This document shows, piece after piece, positions 45,497-55,272 of a stretch of 64,000 nucleotides of DNA (position 1 is the first letter of the stretch; each line of letters begins with the position of its first letter). Under the pieces are notes generated by a model. That model worked only from the letters and a program-made list of their open reading frames with translations. It did not search any database and had not been told where the DNA came from. Source of the stretch: Planctomycetota bacterium (GTDB taxonomy: Bacteria; Planctomycetota; SZUA-567; H5-PLA8); contig JBBRPR010000005.1 in assembly GCA_038227875.1 (NCBI GenBank), forward strand, positions 171,247 to 235,246. Reading direction: 5' to 3'. The position numbers and the translations under genes are program-made.

Positions 45497-46550
45497 CATC
45501 TCCGCTCCGCGCGCCGACGTCACGGAATGTCCGTCGTGCCAGTCAGAACTGAGCGCGGGGGATTTGAGCTGCCCGCACTGTCACCAGTTGCTTCATGCCG
45601 ACACCTTGAAGCAGCTTGCCGCGGAGGCCGACAGCTTTACACAGGCCGGAGATCTCAGCCAGGCGCTGGTACGCTGGCGTAGCGCGCTGGAACTCCTTCC
45701 GCCCGAGTCGCGGCAGTACGCGGTCATCACCGACAAGATCGATGCGCTCAGCATGCAGCTCCAGAAATCCGGCACCATCACCAGCACGCCGCCGGCCGAC
45801 GGCAAACCCGCGCCCGCAAAATCCAAGCTCGGTCCACTCGGAGCACTCGGCGCGGCAGTGGTTTTCCTGCTCTCCAAAGCCAAATTTCTGTTGCTGGGCC
45901 TTTCCAAGGCCACCACGTTTCTGTCAATGTTGATGGCCTTTGGCGTGTACTGGCAGTTGTGGGGCTGGATGTTCGCGGCGGGCTTCGTGCTCTCGATCTA
46001 CGTCCACGAAATGGGCCATGTCGCGGCGCTGCGAAAATTCGGCATCGCCGCGTCGGCGCCGATGTTCATTCCCGGATTCGGCGCGCTGGTGCGGCTGAAA
46101 CAATATCCAGCCAATCCCGGCGAAGACGCGTACGTCGGCCTGGCCGGCCCCGTCTGGGGACTTGGCGCTGCCTGCATCACCGGCCTGCTTTTTCTGTGGA
46201 CCAACAACCCGCTCTTCGCCGCGGTGACGCACACCGGCGCGTTTCTCAACCTGTTAAATCTGACGCCACTGGGTCCGCTTGATGGCGGCCGCGGTTTCCG
46301 CGCGCTCTCCAAAGGCGAACGCTACGCCGCCACGATCGCGGTGTTCCTGGCCTGGTATCTGTCGGGCGCCGGCATCCTGATTCTGGTTCTGGTCATGGCC
46401 GGCGTGAGTACCTTTTCGCTCACCGCAAAGCCACCGGAGAAGGGCAGTCTTCCGGTGCTCGTGAAGTACATCATCCTGATTGCGGCCCTCGCGGCACTGC
46501 ACTACTGGTCTGCGGAAGTGACAACGCCAAGACCGGCGACGACACCATAA
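45489..46550 (+). CDS. Site-2 protease (M50) with N-terminal zinc ribbon and TPR-like helix
   Basis: CPSC...CPHC; HEMGH; LAGP; NLTPLGPLDGG. Confidence 0.9.
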   Translation: MDDISAPRADVTECPSCQSELSAGDLSCPHCHQLLHADTLKQLAAEADSFTQAGDLSQALVRWRSALELLPPESRQYAVITDKIDALSMQLQKSGTITSTPPADGKPAPAKSKLGPLGALGAAVVFLLSKAKFLLLGLSKATTFLSMLMAFGVYWQLWGWMFAAGFVLSIYVHEMGHVAALRKFGIAASAPMFIPGFGALVRLKQYPANPGEDAYVGLAGPVWGLGAACITGLLFLWTNNPLFAAVTHTGAFLNLLNLTPLGPLDGGRGFRALSKGERYAATIAVFLAWYLSGAGILILVLVMAGVSTFSLTAKPPEKGSLPVLVKYIILIAALAALHYWSAEVTTPRPATTP

Positions 46551-46578
46551 AGATATAGTGGGGTTGTCGTCAGTTTCG

Positions 46579-46612
46579 CCCTACCCCTGTGCAAATTTGC
46601 ACAGGGGTAGGG
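46579..46612. repeat. Perfect 34-bp palindrome
   Basis: CCCTACCCCTGTGCAAA|TTTGCACAGGGGTAGGG. Confidence 0.9.
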
Positions 46613-46699
46613 AGTGTTGCTTTTTTTCCACTGGCTACAGCGCACGTCGTGAGGTAACTCTACCTGTCACTACACGCCTCGGAGAGCTCACGACCCAAC

Positions 46700-47770
46700 A
46701 TGTCCTCGGAATTGCGCAAAGATCCGCTCTCGCAGCGGTGGGTGATCATCGCCGCGGAGCGCGCCAAGCGGCTCAGCGACTTTGACCTCGAGGCCGTCTC
46801 CGAAGCGCCCCAGTTCGATCCGTTCGTGACCGGAAACGAGGACAAAACCCCGCCGGAAATCTCCGCCTACCGCAGACCGGGCACGCCGCCCAACACGCCG
46901 GGCTGGCGCGTGCGCGTGATGCCAAACAAGTTTCCGGTGCTCGGCATCGAAGGCAGTCTCAACAGCCGCGGCGACGGCATTTACGACAAGATGCAGGGCA
47001 TCGGCGCGCATGAAGTCATCGTCGACACGCCGCGTTCGGTGCGCAGCATCAGCGCGCTCAACGACGAGAGCGTGCAGGACATGATCTGGATGTACCGCGA
47101 CCGCCTGATCGACCTGCGCAAGGACCGGCGCCTGAAGTACGGCATGATTTTCAAGAACGTCGGCGCGGCGGCCGGCGCGACGGTTTATCACTCGCACAGC
47201 CAGCTGATCGTGACGCCGATCGTGACGCAAACGGTCGTGCAGAAGCTCGAGTCCTGCGCGGAGTTCTTCAATTACCGCGGTCGCTGCCTGGTCTGCGACA
47301 TGGTCGCGCAGGAATTGGAGCAGGCCAGGCGCATCGTGCTGGATTCCGAATACTTCGTCGCCTTCGAACCGTATGCGCCGCGCACGCCGTTTGAGACGTG
47401 GATCGTGCCGAAATTTCACGAGTCGCATTTTGAGGACATCAAGCAACCCAGCTGCGAGGACCTGGCCTTCGTGCTGCGCCGCACCGTCGCGCTGCTGGAG
47501 AAGGGTCTCGGCGAGATCGCCTACAATTACATGGTCTTCACGGCGCCCTTCGACAGCGGGCCGCTGGCACATTTTAACTGGCATATTGAGATCATTCCGC
47601 GCATGACTAAGCAGGCGGGATTCGAATGGGGCACGGGTTTTTACATCAACCCGGTGCCGCCGGAGGACGCCGCGGAATTTTTGCGCGGTTTGAAGCTGAC
47701 TGAGACGCCGGGCGGAACGTTCGGCGGCAAACAACAGGCAGCGGATTTCGCAGGACCGGACGGGATCTGA
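46700..47770 (+). CDS. galT: GalT-family hexose-1-phosphate nucleotidyltransferase
   Basis: SELRKDP...WVIIA.ERAKR, PNKFP, GAHEVI, FKN.G..AGA...HSHSQ, GFEWGTG. Confidence 0.9.
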   Translation: MSSELRKDPLSQRWVIIAAERAKRLSDFDLEAVSEAPQFDPFVTGNEDKTPPEISAYRRPGTPPNTPGWRVRVMPNKFPVLGIEGSLNSRGDGIYDKMQGIGAHEVIVDTPRSVRSISALNDESVQDMIWMYRDRLIDLRKDRRLKYGMIFKNVGAAAGATVYHSHSQLIVTPIVTQTVVQKLESCAEFFNYRGRCLVCDMVAQELEQARRIVLDSEYFVAFEPYAPRTPFETWIVPKFHESHFEDIKQPSCEDLAFVLRRTVALLEKGLGEIAYNYMVFTAPFDSGPLAHFNWHIEIIPRMTKQAGFEWGTGFYINPVPPEDAAEFLRGLKLTETPGGTFGGKQQAADFAGPDGI

Positions 47771-47803
47771 AGGCCCGTTCCATCTCCGGCTCGCGGGTAA
47801 GCA

Positions 47804-49303
47804 ATGAATATCATTTACGTCTCTTCCGAAGTCGTGCCGTTTTCCAAAACCGGTGGCCTGGCCGATGTCGGCGGGGCGCTGCCCAACGAGATCGCCGCGC
47901 TGGGGCATACCGTCTCGGTCTTTACACCCTACTACCGCGGCGTGAAGAAACTCGAGCCGCGCGCGAAAATCGTCGCGGAAGGCGTGGTGCCCGTCGGCGG
48001 CGAACAGATTCCCTGGACGCTGCATGTGTCGTCGAAGGCGACGGGACCGGCGAAGGTCTACTTCATCGGCTGCGATCAGTACTTCGACCGCGAGTTCCTC
48101 TACGGCACGCCGCGCGGCGATTACGAAGACAGCTGCAGTCGCTTCGTCTTTTTCAGCCGCGCCAGCATCGCGGCGGCGGAGCACCTCAAGAAGCCCGTCG
48201 ACGTCTGGCACTGCCACGACTGGCAGACGGCACTGATCCCCGTGTACTTGAAGCATCAGCACCAGGACAATCCCTTTCACCAGGGCACGGCGACGGTCTT
48301 TACCGTTCACAATCTCGCCTACCAGGGCTTGTTCTGGCACTGGGACTATCCGCTGCTCAACCTCGCGTGGCAGCACTTCAATTGGCGCGAGCTGGAATTT
48401 CACGGCAAGATGAATTTGATGAAAGGCGCGCTGGTCGACGCCGATCTGCTCACCACCGTCTCGCCGACGTACGCGCAGGAAATCCAGACGGCGCAGTTCG
48501 GCTGCGGATTGGAAGGCGTGCTGCGAGACCGCTCGAGCGAACTGATCGGCATCGTCAACGGCATCGATACGATCGCCTGGAATCCCAGCCACGACGTGCT
48601 GCTGCCGGCCGAATACAGCGCCTCGAACATGCAGGGCAAGGCGACCTGCAAGGAAGTGCTGCGCCGCAAATTTAATCTCCCCGAGGATTCGTCGGCGGTG
48701 GTCGGCATGATCGGGCGGTTGTTCGAGCAGAAGGGCTTCGACCTGGTCGCGCAGAGCATCGAAGAACTGCTGCGTCGCGACATTCAGCTGATCATCCTCG
48801 GCACCGGCCGCGAGGAATACCAGAAGCTGCTGCAGCGCATGCAGCAATCCAACCCCAAGAAAATCGCGATTGCGTTCGCGTTCGACAACGGCCTGGCGCA
48901 CACGATCGAAGCCGGCTGCGACATTTTCCTGATGCCCAGCCGCTACGAACCCTGCGGCATGAACCAGCTCTATTCGCTCGCGTACGGCACGCCGCCGCTG
49001 GTGCGGCGCACCGGCGGACTGGCCGACACCGTCACCGACACCACGCCCGAGACGCTGGCGGCGGGCACGGCCACGGGCTTCATGTTCAACGAATTCACCG
49101 CCGCGGCGATGCTGGAGAGCCTCGACCGCGCGCTGAAGATCTTCTTCACCGATCAGCCCACCTGGCGGAAGATCCAGCTCACCGGCATGCGCGAGGACTG
49201 GTCGTGGAATTCCAGCGCGCGCAAGTACGCGCACGTCTTCGAGCTGGCGATACAAAAAGCGAAATCTCGCGTTGCTCCGGCGGCGGTATCCGGGAAAAAG
49301 TAG
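47804..49303 (+). CDS. glgA: Glycogen synthase
   Basis: KTGGLADV, HCHDWQT, FTVHNLAYQG, QKG, MPSRYEPCG. Confidence 0.96.
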   Translation: MNIIYVSSEVVPFSKTGGLADVGGALPNEIAALGHTVSVFTPYYRGVKKLEPRAKIVAEGVVPVGGEQIPWTLHVSSKATGPAKVYFIGCDQYFDREFLYGTPRGDYEDSCSRFVFFSRASIAAAEHLKKPVDVWHCHDWQTALIPVYLKHQHQDNPFHQGTATVFTVHNLAYQGLFWHWDYPLLNLAWQHFNWRELEFHGKMNLMKGALVDADLLTTVSPTYAQEIQTAQFGCGLEGVLRDRSSELIGIVNGIDTIAWNPSHDVLLPAEYSASNMQGKATCKEVLRRKFNLPEDSSAVVGMIGRLFEQKGFDLVAQSIEELLRRDIQLIILGTGREEYQKLLQRMQQSNPKKIAIAFAFDNGLAHTIEAGCDIFLMPSRYEPCGMNQLYSLAYGTPPLVRRTGGLADTVTDTTPETLAAGTATGFMFNEFTAAAMLESLDRALKIFFTDQPTWRKIQLTGMREDWSWNSSARKYAHVFELAIQKAKSRVAPAAVSGKK

Positions 49304-49338
49304 GGGCGCACTCCATCCATCCATGAGGAACCCGAGTT

Positions 49339-51507
49339 ATGCCTGGCCGTATCCGCTTCGTCTGCCTGCTGCACTCGCACCAACCCGTCGGTAATTTCGA
49401 TCACGTCATTGAAGAAGCCTACAAACTCAGCTACCTGCCCTACATCGAAGTCTTCGAACAGTTCCCCGAAATCCCGCTCACCAATCATTACTCCGGCTGC
49501 CTGCTGGAATGGCTGGAATCGCATCATCCCGAATATTTCGAGCGGCTGGCGAAGCACACGAAGAAGCCCGAGGACGCGCCGCACCGCGCGTGGGAAATGA
49601 TCGGCGGCGGATTTTACGAACCGATCATGACCATGCTGCCCGAACGCGACCGCATCGGGCAGATCACGCGCATGGCCAATTACATCGAGAAGCATTTTGG
49701 CGTGCGCCCGCGCGGGCTGTGGCTCCCCGAACGCGTCTGGGAACCGGCGCTGGTCAAGGACCTCGCCGATGCCGGCGTCGATTACCTGACGCTCGACGAT
49801 TCGCATTTCAAAGCCGCGGGCCTTGAGGACAGCGACCTCGTCGGCGGCTTCGTGACGGAAGACGAAGGCCGCATCGTCCGCGCGTACCCGGCCTCCGAGC
49901 GCCTGCGCTACCTGGTGCCGTATGCGACGGTGCCGGAGACCATCGATTACCTGCGCTCGATCATTCCCGCCGACGGCGAACGCGTGGTCTGCTACGCCGA
50001 CGACGGCGAGAAATTCGGCGTCTGGCCGCGCACCTTCGAGCACGTTTACACCAACGGCTGGCTGCGCGGTTTCCTCACCGGACTCCGCGACGCGCAGAAC
50101 GAAGGCTGGCTGGTCTGCTCGACGCTGGCCGACGCGTATGATGAAGTCGCGCCGGTGGGCAAAGTGTTTCTGCCCGAGAACAGCTACCGCGAGATGACCG
50201 AGTGGGCGCTGCCGGCCAAACGGCTCGCGACGTATGATCATGCCATGCACGAGATCAAGGCCGATCCGGTGTTGAGCGTCGATCCGCGCGTCGTCAATGT
50301 GCTCGGCCTGGTCAAGGGCGGCAACTGGCGCAGCTTCAAAGTCAAATATCCGGAAGGCAACCGGATGTACGCGAAGATGATGGAAGTGAGCGCCAAAGTC
50401 GAGCAGCTCTCTCCGCGCGCGAAGCTCGCCGAAAAAGCACGCACGCATCTCTACCGCGGGCAGTGCAACTGCCCGTACTGGCACGGCGTGTTTGGCGGGA
50501 TGTACCTGCCGCATCTCCGTAGCGCCGTCTACAGCGAGCTGATTAAGGCCGACAAGGTCGCCGACGAACTGCTGGATAATTCCTCGCTTAATCTGATTGA
50601 AGAGGATTTCGATTTTGACGGCGAAATCGAAGTGAAACTGGTCAACTCGCACCTCGCGCTCTACCTGCACCCGTACCGCGGCGGGCATCTCTACGAATTC
50701 GATCTGCGCGACATCGACTTCAACGCCGGCGACACGTTCTCGCGCCGCTTCGAGGCCTATCATGAGAAGGTCGCGCGCGCGGTCGTCGGCTCGATGGACA
50801 CGACGGCGAGCATCCACGACATGGTGATCGCCAAGGAAGCTGGTCTTGCGGATCTCTTGAAGTACGACACGTATTTGCGCGAGAGTCTCGTCGATCATTT
50901 CAGCGCGGTGCAACTGACGCCGCAGGATTTCTTTTCTGGCAATCCACCCAGCGATCCGGGATTCCGGCAAGGCGAGTACCATAGTATAGATTTAATCGGC
51001 CGCGGACTTAAGAAACGCGGCATGGTGGCGTATCTGGAACGTGAAGGCCCGGCGCTGGGTTCAACGCTGAAAGTCTTCAAGCAAATTACGCTCGGCCTCA
51101 AGGCGGCATACGAAGCCGAGTACACCGTCACCAACACCGGCAGCGCCGACGCCGATGGCTACTTCGCCGTCGAGATGAATTACAGCCTGCTGGCCGGCGA
51201 CGCGTTCGATCGCTACTATTATTACGAAGGCAAGGACAACGCCGGCAAGCTCGCCACGATCGAGGACTTCGGCACGCAGTCGTGGATCGGGCTGAAGGAC
51301 CACTGGCTCAACGTCGCGCTGGAACTGAAAACCACGGAGGCCGCGCAGGTGCTGGCCAGTCCCGTGCGCACCGTCTCGCAGTCGGAATCCGGCTTCGAAG
51401 CCGTCTACCAGAGTTCCGCGGTCGCATTGCAGTGGCCGTTGAAACTGAGCCCGGGCAAGTCGTTCACCGTGAAACTGCAGCAGGAGGCGCTCCGTGTCCG
51501 AGACTGA
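49339..51507 (+). CDS. GH57 alpha-amylase / 4-alpha-glucanotransferase
   Basis: HSHQP, WLPERVWEP, DDGEKFGVWP, YWHGVFGG.YLPHLR. Confidence 0.93.
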   Translation: MPGRIRFVCLLHSHQPVGNFDHVIEEAYKLSYLPYIEVFEQFPEIPLTNHYSGCLLEWLESHHPEYFERLAKHTKKPEDAPHRAWEMIGGGFYEPIMTMLPERDRIGQITRMANYIEKHFGVRPRGLWLPERVWEPALVKDLADAGVDYLTLDDSHFKAAGLEDSDLVGGFVTEDEGRIVRAYPASERLRYLVPYATVPETIDYLRSIIPADGERVVCYADDGEKFGVWPRTFEHVYTNGWLRGFLTGLRDAQNEGWLVCSTLADAYDEVAPVGKVFLPENSYREMTEWALPAKRLATYDHAMHEIKADPVLSVDPRVVNVLGLVKGGNWRSFKVKYPEGNRMYAKMMEVSAKVEQLSPRAKLAEKARTHLYRGQCNCPYWHGVFGGMYLPHLRSAVYSELIKADKVADELLDNSSLNLIEEDFDFDGEIEVKLVNSHLALYLHPYRGGHLYEFDLRDIDFNAGDTFSRRFEAYHEKVARAVVGSMDTTASIHDMVIAKEAGLADLLKYDTYLRESLVDHFSAVQLTPQDFFSGNPPSDPGFRQGEYHSIDLIGRGLKKRGMVAYLEREGPALGSTLKVFKQITLGLKAAYEAEYTVTNTGSADADGYFAVEMNYSLLAGDAFDRYYYYEGKDNAGKLATIEDFGTQSWIGLKDHWLNVALELKTTEAAQVLASPVRTVSQSESGFEAVYQSSAVALQWPLKLSPGKSFTVKLQQEALRVRD

Positions 51508-54100
51508 AGATCCGGTGCCGCGCATCCTCGTCGTCGAAGACGATGAGGTCCTGGCCAAGGAAGAGATGGCGCTGCTGACGGCCGGCGGATTTCAAATCCA
51601 CCGCGTGGTCAGCTGCAAGGAAGCGCTGGAACTGGTCGCGCGCGAATCGTTCGACCTCGTGCTGCTGAATCTCGATCAGGGCGGCGAGCCCAACGGGCTG
51701 GACATGTGCCGCCAGATCAAGGGCAACCCGTCGCTGGCGTGGATGCCGGTGATGTTCGCGACGCGCACGGTCAGCAAGGAAAGCGTCGACAAGATTCTTG
51801 GCGTCGGCGCGGACGAATTCGTCGGCAAGCCGTTCAATCCGGAAGAACTGCTCGTCCGCACGAAAGTGCTCGCACGCAAGGGCCGCGAAGAACGCTGGCT
51901 GGTCGAGCGCGCCCGCAAGCTCGCCGAGAAGATCGCCGAGCGCGACGACGAACTCGACGACCTGCGCCGCTTCGCGCAGGACATCGTCAGCTCGCTCTCC
52001 TCGGCGCTGCTGGTGCTCGACGCGGAAGAGACGATCCTCTTCGCCAACGCGCCGTTTCTCGGCGCGCTCCACGCCGACCGGCGCAGCGTCGTCGGCCGGA
52101 AACTGGCCGAGTTCGTCAACGATCTTCCCGATCCGCACAACGGCTTGAAGCGGCTGAGCCAGGCGATCCAGCACACCATCTCCACCGGACAAAGTTCCCG
52201 CCTGATGCGCTTCCGCGGGCTGCTCAAGTCGAGTCCCGAACGCATGTCGGACGTCACCGTCACCGCCATCGACTACGGTGGCGCGCGCCACGTGCTGGTC
52301 GTCGGCGAAGACGTGACCGAAGAGGCGATGGCCGAGATCGAAGTCGCCAAGGAACGCGCCAAGCTCCACGACGTGGTCAACGCCATGAACGCGGCGCTCT
52401 GTCTGATCGACCGCGACTGCAAGATTCTCTGGCAGAACCGCACGTTCGGGCTCTGGTTCGGCGATTCGTTCGGGCAGCCGGGCCTGCAGTCGTTCATCAC
52501 CAAGATGCGCAGCGATCCGGCGTGGATCGACCAGGTTTTCCAGCGCGGCCAGGTGCTGCAAATGGCGTGGTCGGTCTTCACGCCGCACGGACAGCGCCGC
52601 CATTTTTCGAACATCATCGCGCGCATCAAGGCGCCGTCGGAAGCCGACGCCAGCCAGGCACTGGTGCTGACGCAGGACGTCACCGATCAGGAAACGCGCG
52701 TCGAACAGCTCTCGCTGCTGCGCGAACTCTCGCAGTTCCTGCAGGGCACACTCGACGCCGAGCGCCTCAACCACGTAATCCTGATGTGCGTGACCACCGG
52801 GCACGCGCTGGGTTTCAACCGCGCGTTTCTCTTCATCCGCAACCGCGACCGCGGCTCGCTCGACGCGCAGATGGCCGTCGGCCCCGCCAGCCGCGAGGAC
52901 GCGTTCCGCATCTGGTCGGAACTCTCCGCGCAGGGCCGCACGCTCCACGATCTATTGCGCTCGCTGGAACACCTGCCGCGCAAGGAATCGATGACGCTCT
53001 ATCCGCTCATCCGCGACCTGAAATACCCGATGGACGATCCGTCGGAGATCATTGTCCGCACCGCGCTGGAAAAGAAGGAGCAGGTCGTCACCGATTCCGC
53101 TCACGACCCGCGCGTGACGCAGCGTTTCCGCGCGATGTTCGGCTGCCAGGAATTCGTGGCCGTGCCGATGATCGTGAAGGGCTCGGTCGTCGGCGTGATC
53201 CTCGCCGACAATCTGTACTCCGGCCGCGCCATCACCGACGATCACGTCAAGCTGCTGATGCTCTTCGGTTCGCAGGCCGCGCTGGCGATCGAGAACGCCG
53301 AAACGTACGCGGAGCTGCAGAAGAGCCTCGATCGGCTGCGGCAGGCGCAGAAGGAAATCGTCCATTCGGAAAAGCTGGCGACGATCGGCAAAATGGCCGC
53401 GCACGTCGCTCACGAAATCCGCAACCCGCTCTCGACCATCGGCGGATTCGCCCGCGCGATTTTGAAGCGCCCGGACAACGTCGACCGTGTCAACAAGAAC
53501 GCCAAGATCATCGCCGAAGAGTCGACGCGCCTCGAGAACATGCTCAAAGGCGTGATGGATTTCTCGCGCCCGTCCGCGCCCGTGCCCAAGCCCAACGACT
53601 TCAACGGCACCGTCGAGAAAGCCTTCCGCACGCAGGCCGAATTGCTCAGCCAGCGGAACATTCACGCCAGCATCGATCTCGATCCGTCGATTCCGGAAGT
53701 CACGTACGACGAGAACCAGATCATGCAGGTGATCCACAACATGATCCGCAATGCCGCCGACAGCATGCCGCAGGGCGGCGCCATAGCGCTGAAGACGACG
53801 CGCGAAGGCGAGCTGGTCTCGCTGCAGATCGCGGATTCCGGCAGCGGCATTCCGCCGCACATCATGGACCGACTCTTCGACCCGTTCTTCACCACCAAGC
53901 CCGACGGCACGGGCCTGGGGCTGGCGGTGAGCAAGAAGATCGTCGACGACCACGGCGGCCGCGTGGAAGTTCAGAGCACGATCGGCAAGGGCACGACCTT
54001 CAAAATCTTCCTGCCGACGGTCCCAGTGCAGATCACCGCGCACACCTCCGGACAGACGCTGCCGTGGGTGAGGGTCACGCCGCCGGTGAAGGAAGCGTGA
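51494..54100 (+). CDS. Hybrid sensor histidine kinase (atypical REC-PAS-PAS-GAF-HisKA-HATPase)
   Basis: VAHEIRNPL H-box, N-box, DSGSG, FDPFFTTK, GTGLGL; overlaps the GH57 stop. Confidence 0.92.
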   Translation: MSETEDPVPRILVVEDDEVLAKEEMALLTAGGFQIHRVVSCKEALELVARESFDLVLLNLDQGGEPNGLDMCRQIKGNPSLAWMPVMFATRTVSKESVDKILGVGADEFVGKPFNPEELLVRTKVLARKGREERWLVERARKLAEKIAERDDELDDLRRFAQDIVSSLSSALLVLDAEETILFANAPFLGALHADRRSVVGRKLAEFVNDLPDPHNGLKRLSQAIQHTISTGQSSRLMRFRGLLKSSPERMSDVTVTAIDYGGARHVLVVGEDVTEEAMAEIEVAKERAKLHDVVNAMNAALCLIDRDCKILWQNRTFGLWFGDSFGQPGLQSFITKMRSDPAWIDQVFQRGQVLQMAWSVFTPHGQRRHFSNIIARIKAPSEADASQALVLTQDVTDQETRVEQLSLLRELSQFLQGTLDAERLNHVILMCVTTGHALGFNRAFLFIRNRDRGSLDAQMAVGPASREDAFRIWSELSAQGRTLHDLLRSLEHLPRKESMTLYPLIRDLKYPMDDPSEIIVRTALEKKEQVVTDSAHDPRVTQRFRAMFGCQEFVAVPMIVKGSVVGVILADNLYSGRAITDDHVKLLMLFGSQAALAIENAETYAELQKSLDRLRQAQKEIVHSEKLATIGKMAAHVAHEIRNPLSTIGGFARAILKRPDNVDRVNKNAKIIAEESTRLENMLKGVMDFSRPSAPVPKPNDFNGTVEKAFRTQAELLSQRNIHASIDLDPSIPEVTYDENQIMQVIHNMIRNAADSMPQGGAIALKTTREGELVSLQIADSGSGIPPHIMDRLFDPFFTTKPDGTGLGLAVSKKIVDDHGGRVEVQSTIGKGTTFKIFLPTVPVQITAHTSGQTLPWVRVTPPVKEA

Positions 54101-54103
54101 GCG

Positions 54104-54142
54104 AACGGCATTGCGGATTTCGGATTGCGGATTGCGGATTAG
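54104..54142 (+). repeat. GGATTGC heptamer repeat after the kinase stop
   Basis: AACGGCATTGCGGATTTCGGATTGCGGATTGCGGATTAG, matching the reverse complement of 2626-2657 plus one extra unit. Confidence 0.85.
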
Positions 54143-54172
54143 AGTGGTGGACGTTTAACTAATCGAGAGCGC

Positions 54173-54358
54173 TCAGGACTTGGCGGCGCTGCGCTCGAGC
54201 ATCCAGCCGAGTGTGAAGAGGATGCCGCCGATACCGAGGAGCATCATTTCCTTGCCCATGCTCGACTCGTTGTCGATCAGCCCCATGCCGGCAAACAGCG
54301 CGGCGAGGACGATCATCAGCCCGACCAGCTCCATGATTTTTCCGGCCCAATAAGTCAT
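54173..54358 (-). CDS. Small two-TM membrane protein
   Basis: 61 aa, two hydrophobic helices, host-like codon usage. Confidence 0.7.
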   Translation of the reverse strand: MTYWAGKIMELVGLMIVLAALFAGMGLIDNESSMGKEMMLLGIGGILFTLGWMLERSAAKS

Positions 54359-54445
54359 GGAAGTTAATTTAAAGGTTTGAGTTCAATTCGGCAATCGCTG
54401 GTTTGGATGTTCGGACTCACCTCAAATGGAGCAAGGAGCGTCAAA

Positions 54446-54763
54446 ATGAATACGACTCCGTCGGCTTCCCTTCGAGTCATGGCAGAACATGCCAGTTCTG
54501 GCATTTGGGGTATTGGCCAAGTGGGCCCTTTCAGGCACGGGATGGTTTCACATTCGCGCCTAAAATTGCCCCAACTGTTATCAGCACGCTTTAATTCCTG
54601 GATCGAAATGTATGAGACCGGCACTGCTGACGTCGAGGAATTCAATAAGTGCGGTATTCAACTCGCACGAGATCTAAAAGTTTTTCTGGGACCCACCGTC
54701 TATATTGAATATCAAGGAGAGCGTCCCGACGGGGGCCTCGCAGAATCACAAATTATAGATTAG
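54446..54763 (+). CDS. Hypothetical protein (AT-richer)
   Basis: AAGGAG SD; 'LRVMAEHASSGIW...L..RF..W...G.QLA..LK' pattern. Confidence 0.6.
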   Translation: MNTTPSASLRVMAEHASSGIWGIGQVGPFRHGMVSHSRLKLPQLLSARFNSWIEMYETGTADVEEFNKCGIQLARDLKVFLGPTVYIEYQGERPDGGLAESQIID

Positions 54764-54967
54764 TTCAAATACCTCTAATCTTTGCCCTTCCAGCCGAATC
54801 AACCCCGCCACCGACACGCTGCGGCGCTGCAGTACGGTGCCGTGTCGCATTGAATACCATGAGACTTGGTGGGATGTTGTGCCAGCGCTGGTCATAGGAC
54901 TCATGCACTTTCAAGCAGCGAAGCGATTCGGACTAATCGTGCTACTGCTTTATACTTTCGTGCTACT

Positions 54968-55260
54968 TTATGGCAGGAATCGATCAATCTCAGCCAGCGC
55001 GACGGCATTCCCGTTGAGCCGCTCCGACGGCGCGTGCGCGCGGAATTCGTCGAGGCGCTCCACGAAGCGCCGCTCCGTCGGCGCGTCGATCTCGCCGAGT
55101 TCCGCCCACTCCCCCGCCCCGCTCTGCCGCAGGAAATGCGCGTTGATGTACTGCTTGTAGTTGCCTAGTCGTGGCGGTGCCGGAGCTTCTCAACCAGCGT
55201 CCAGACCCGCGCTGCATGTCCGCGGCCTTCACCGGCCATGCTGTAAAAGAGCTTTGCCAC
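54968..55260 (-). pseudogene. Internally deleted GT-B glycosyltransferase relic (MJ1255/VC2487-like)
   Basis: GGAG SD plus GTG start '[19 protein letters not shown]...RHD*', abutting out of frame the C-terminus 'GNYKQYINAHFLRQSGAG...NGNAVALAEIDRFLP*'. Confidence 0.75.
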
Positions 55261-55272
55261 GCCACTCCGATC

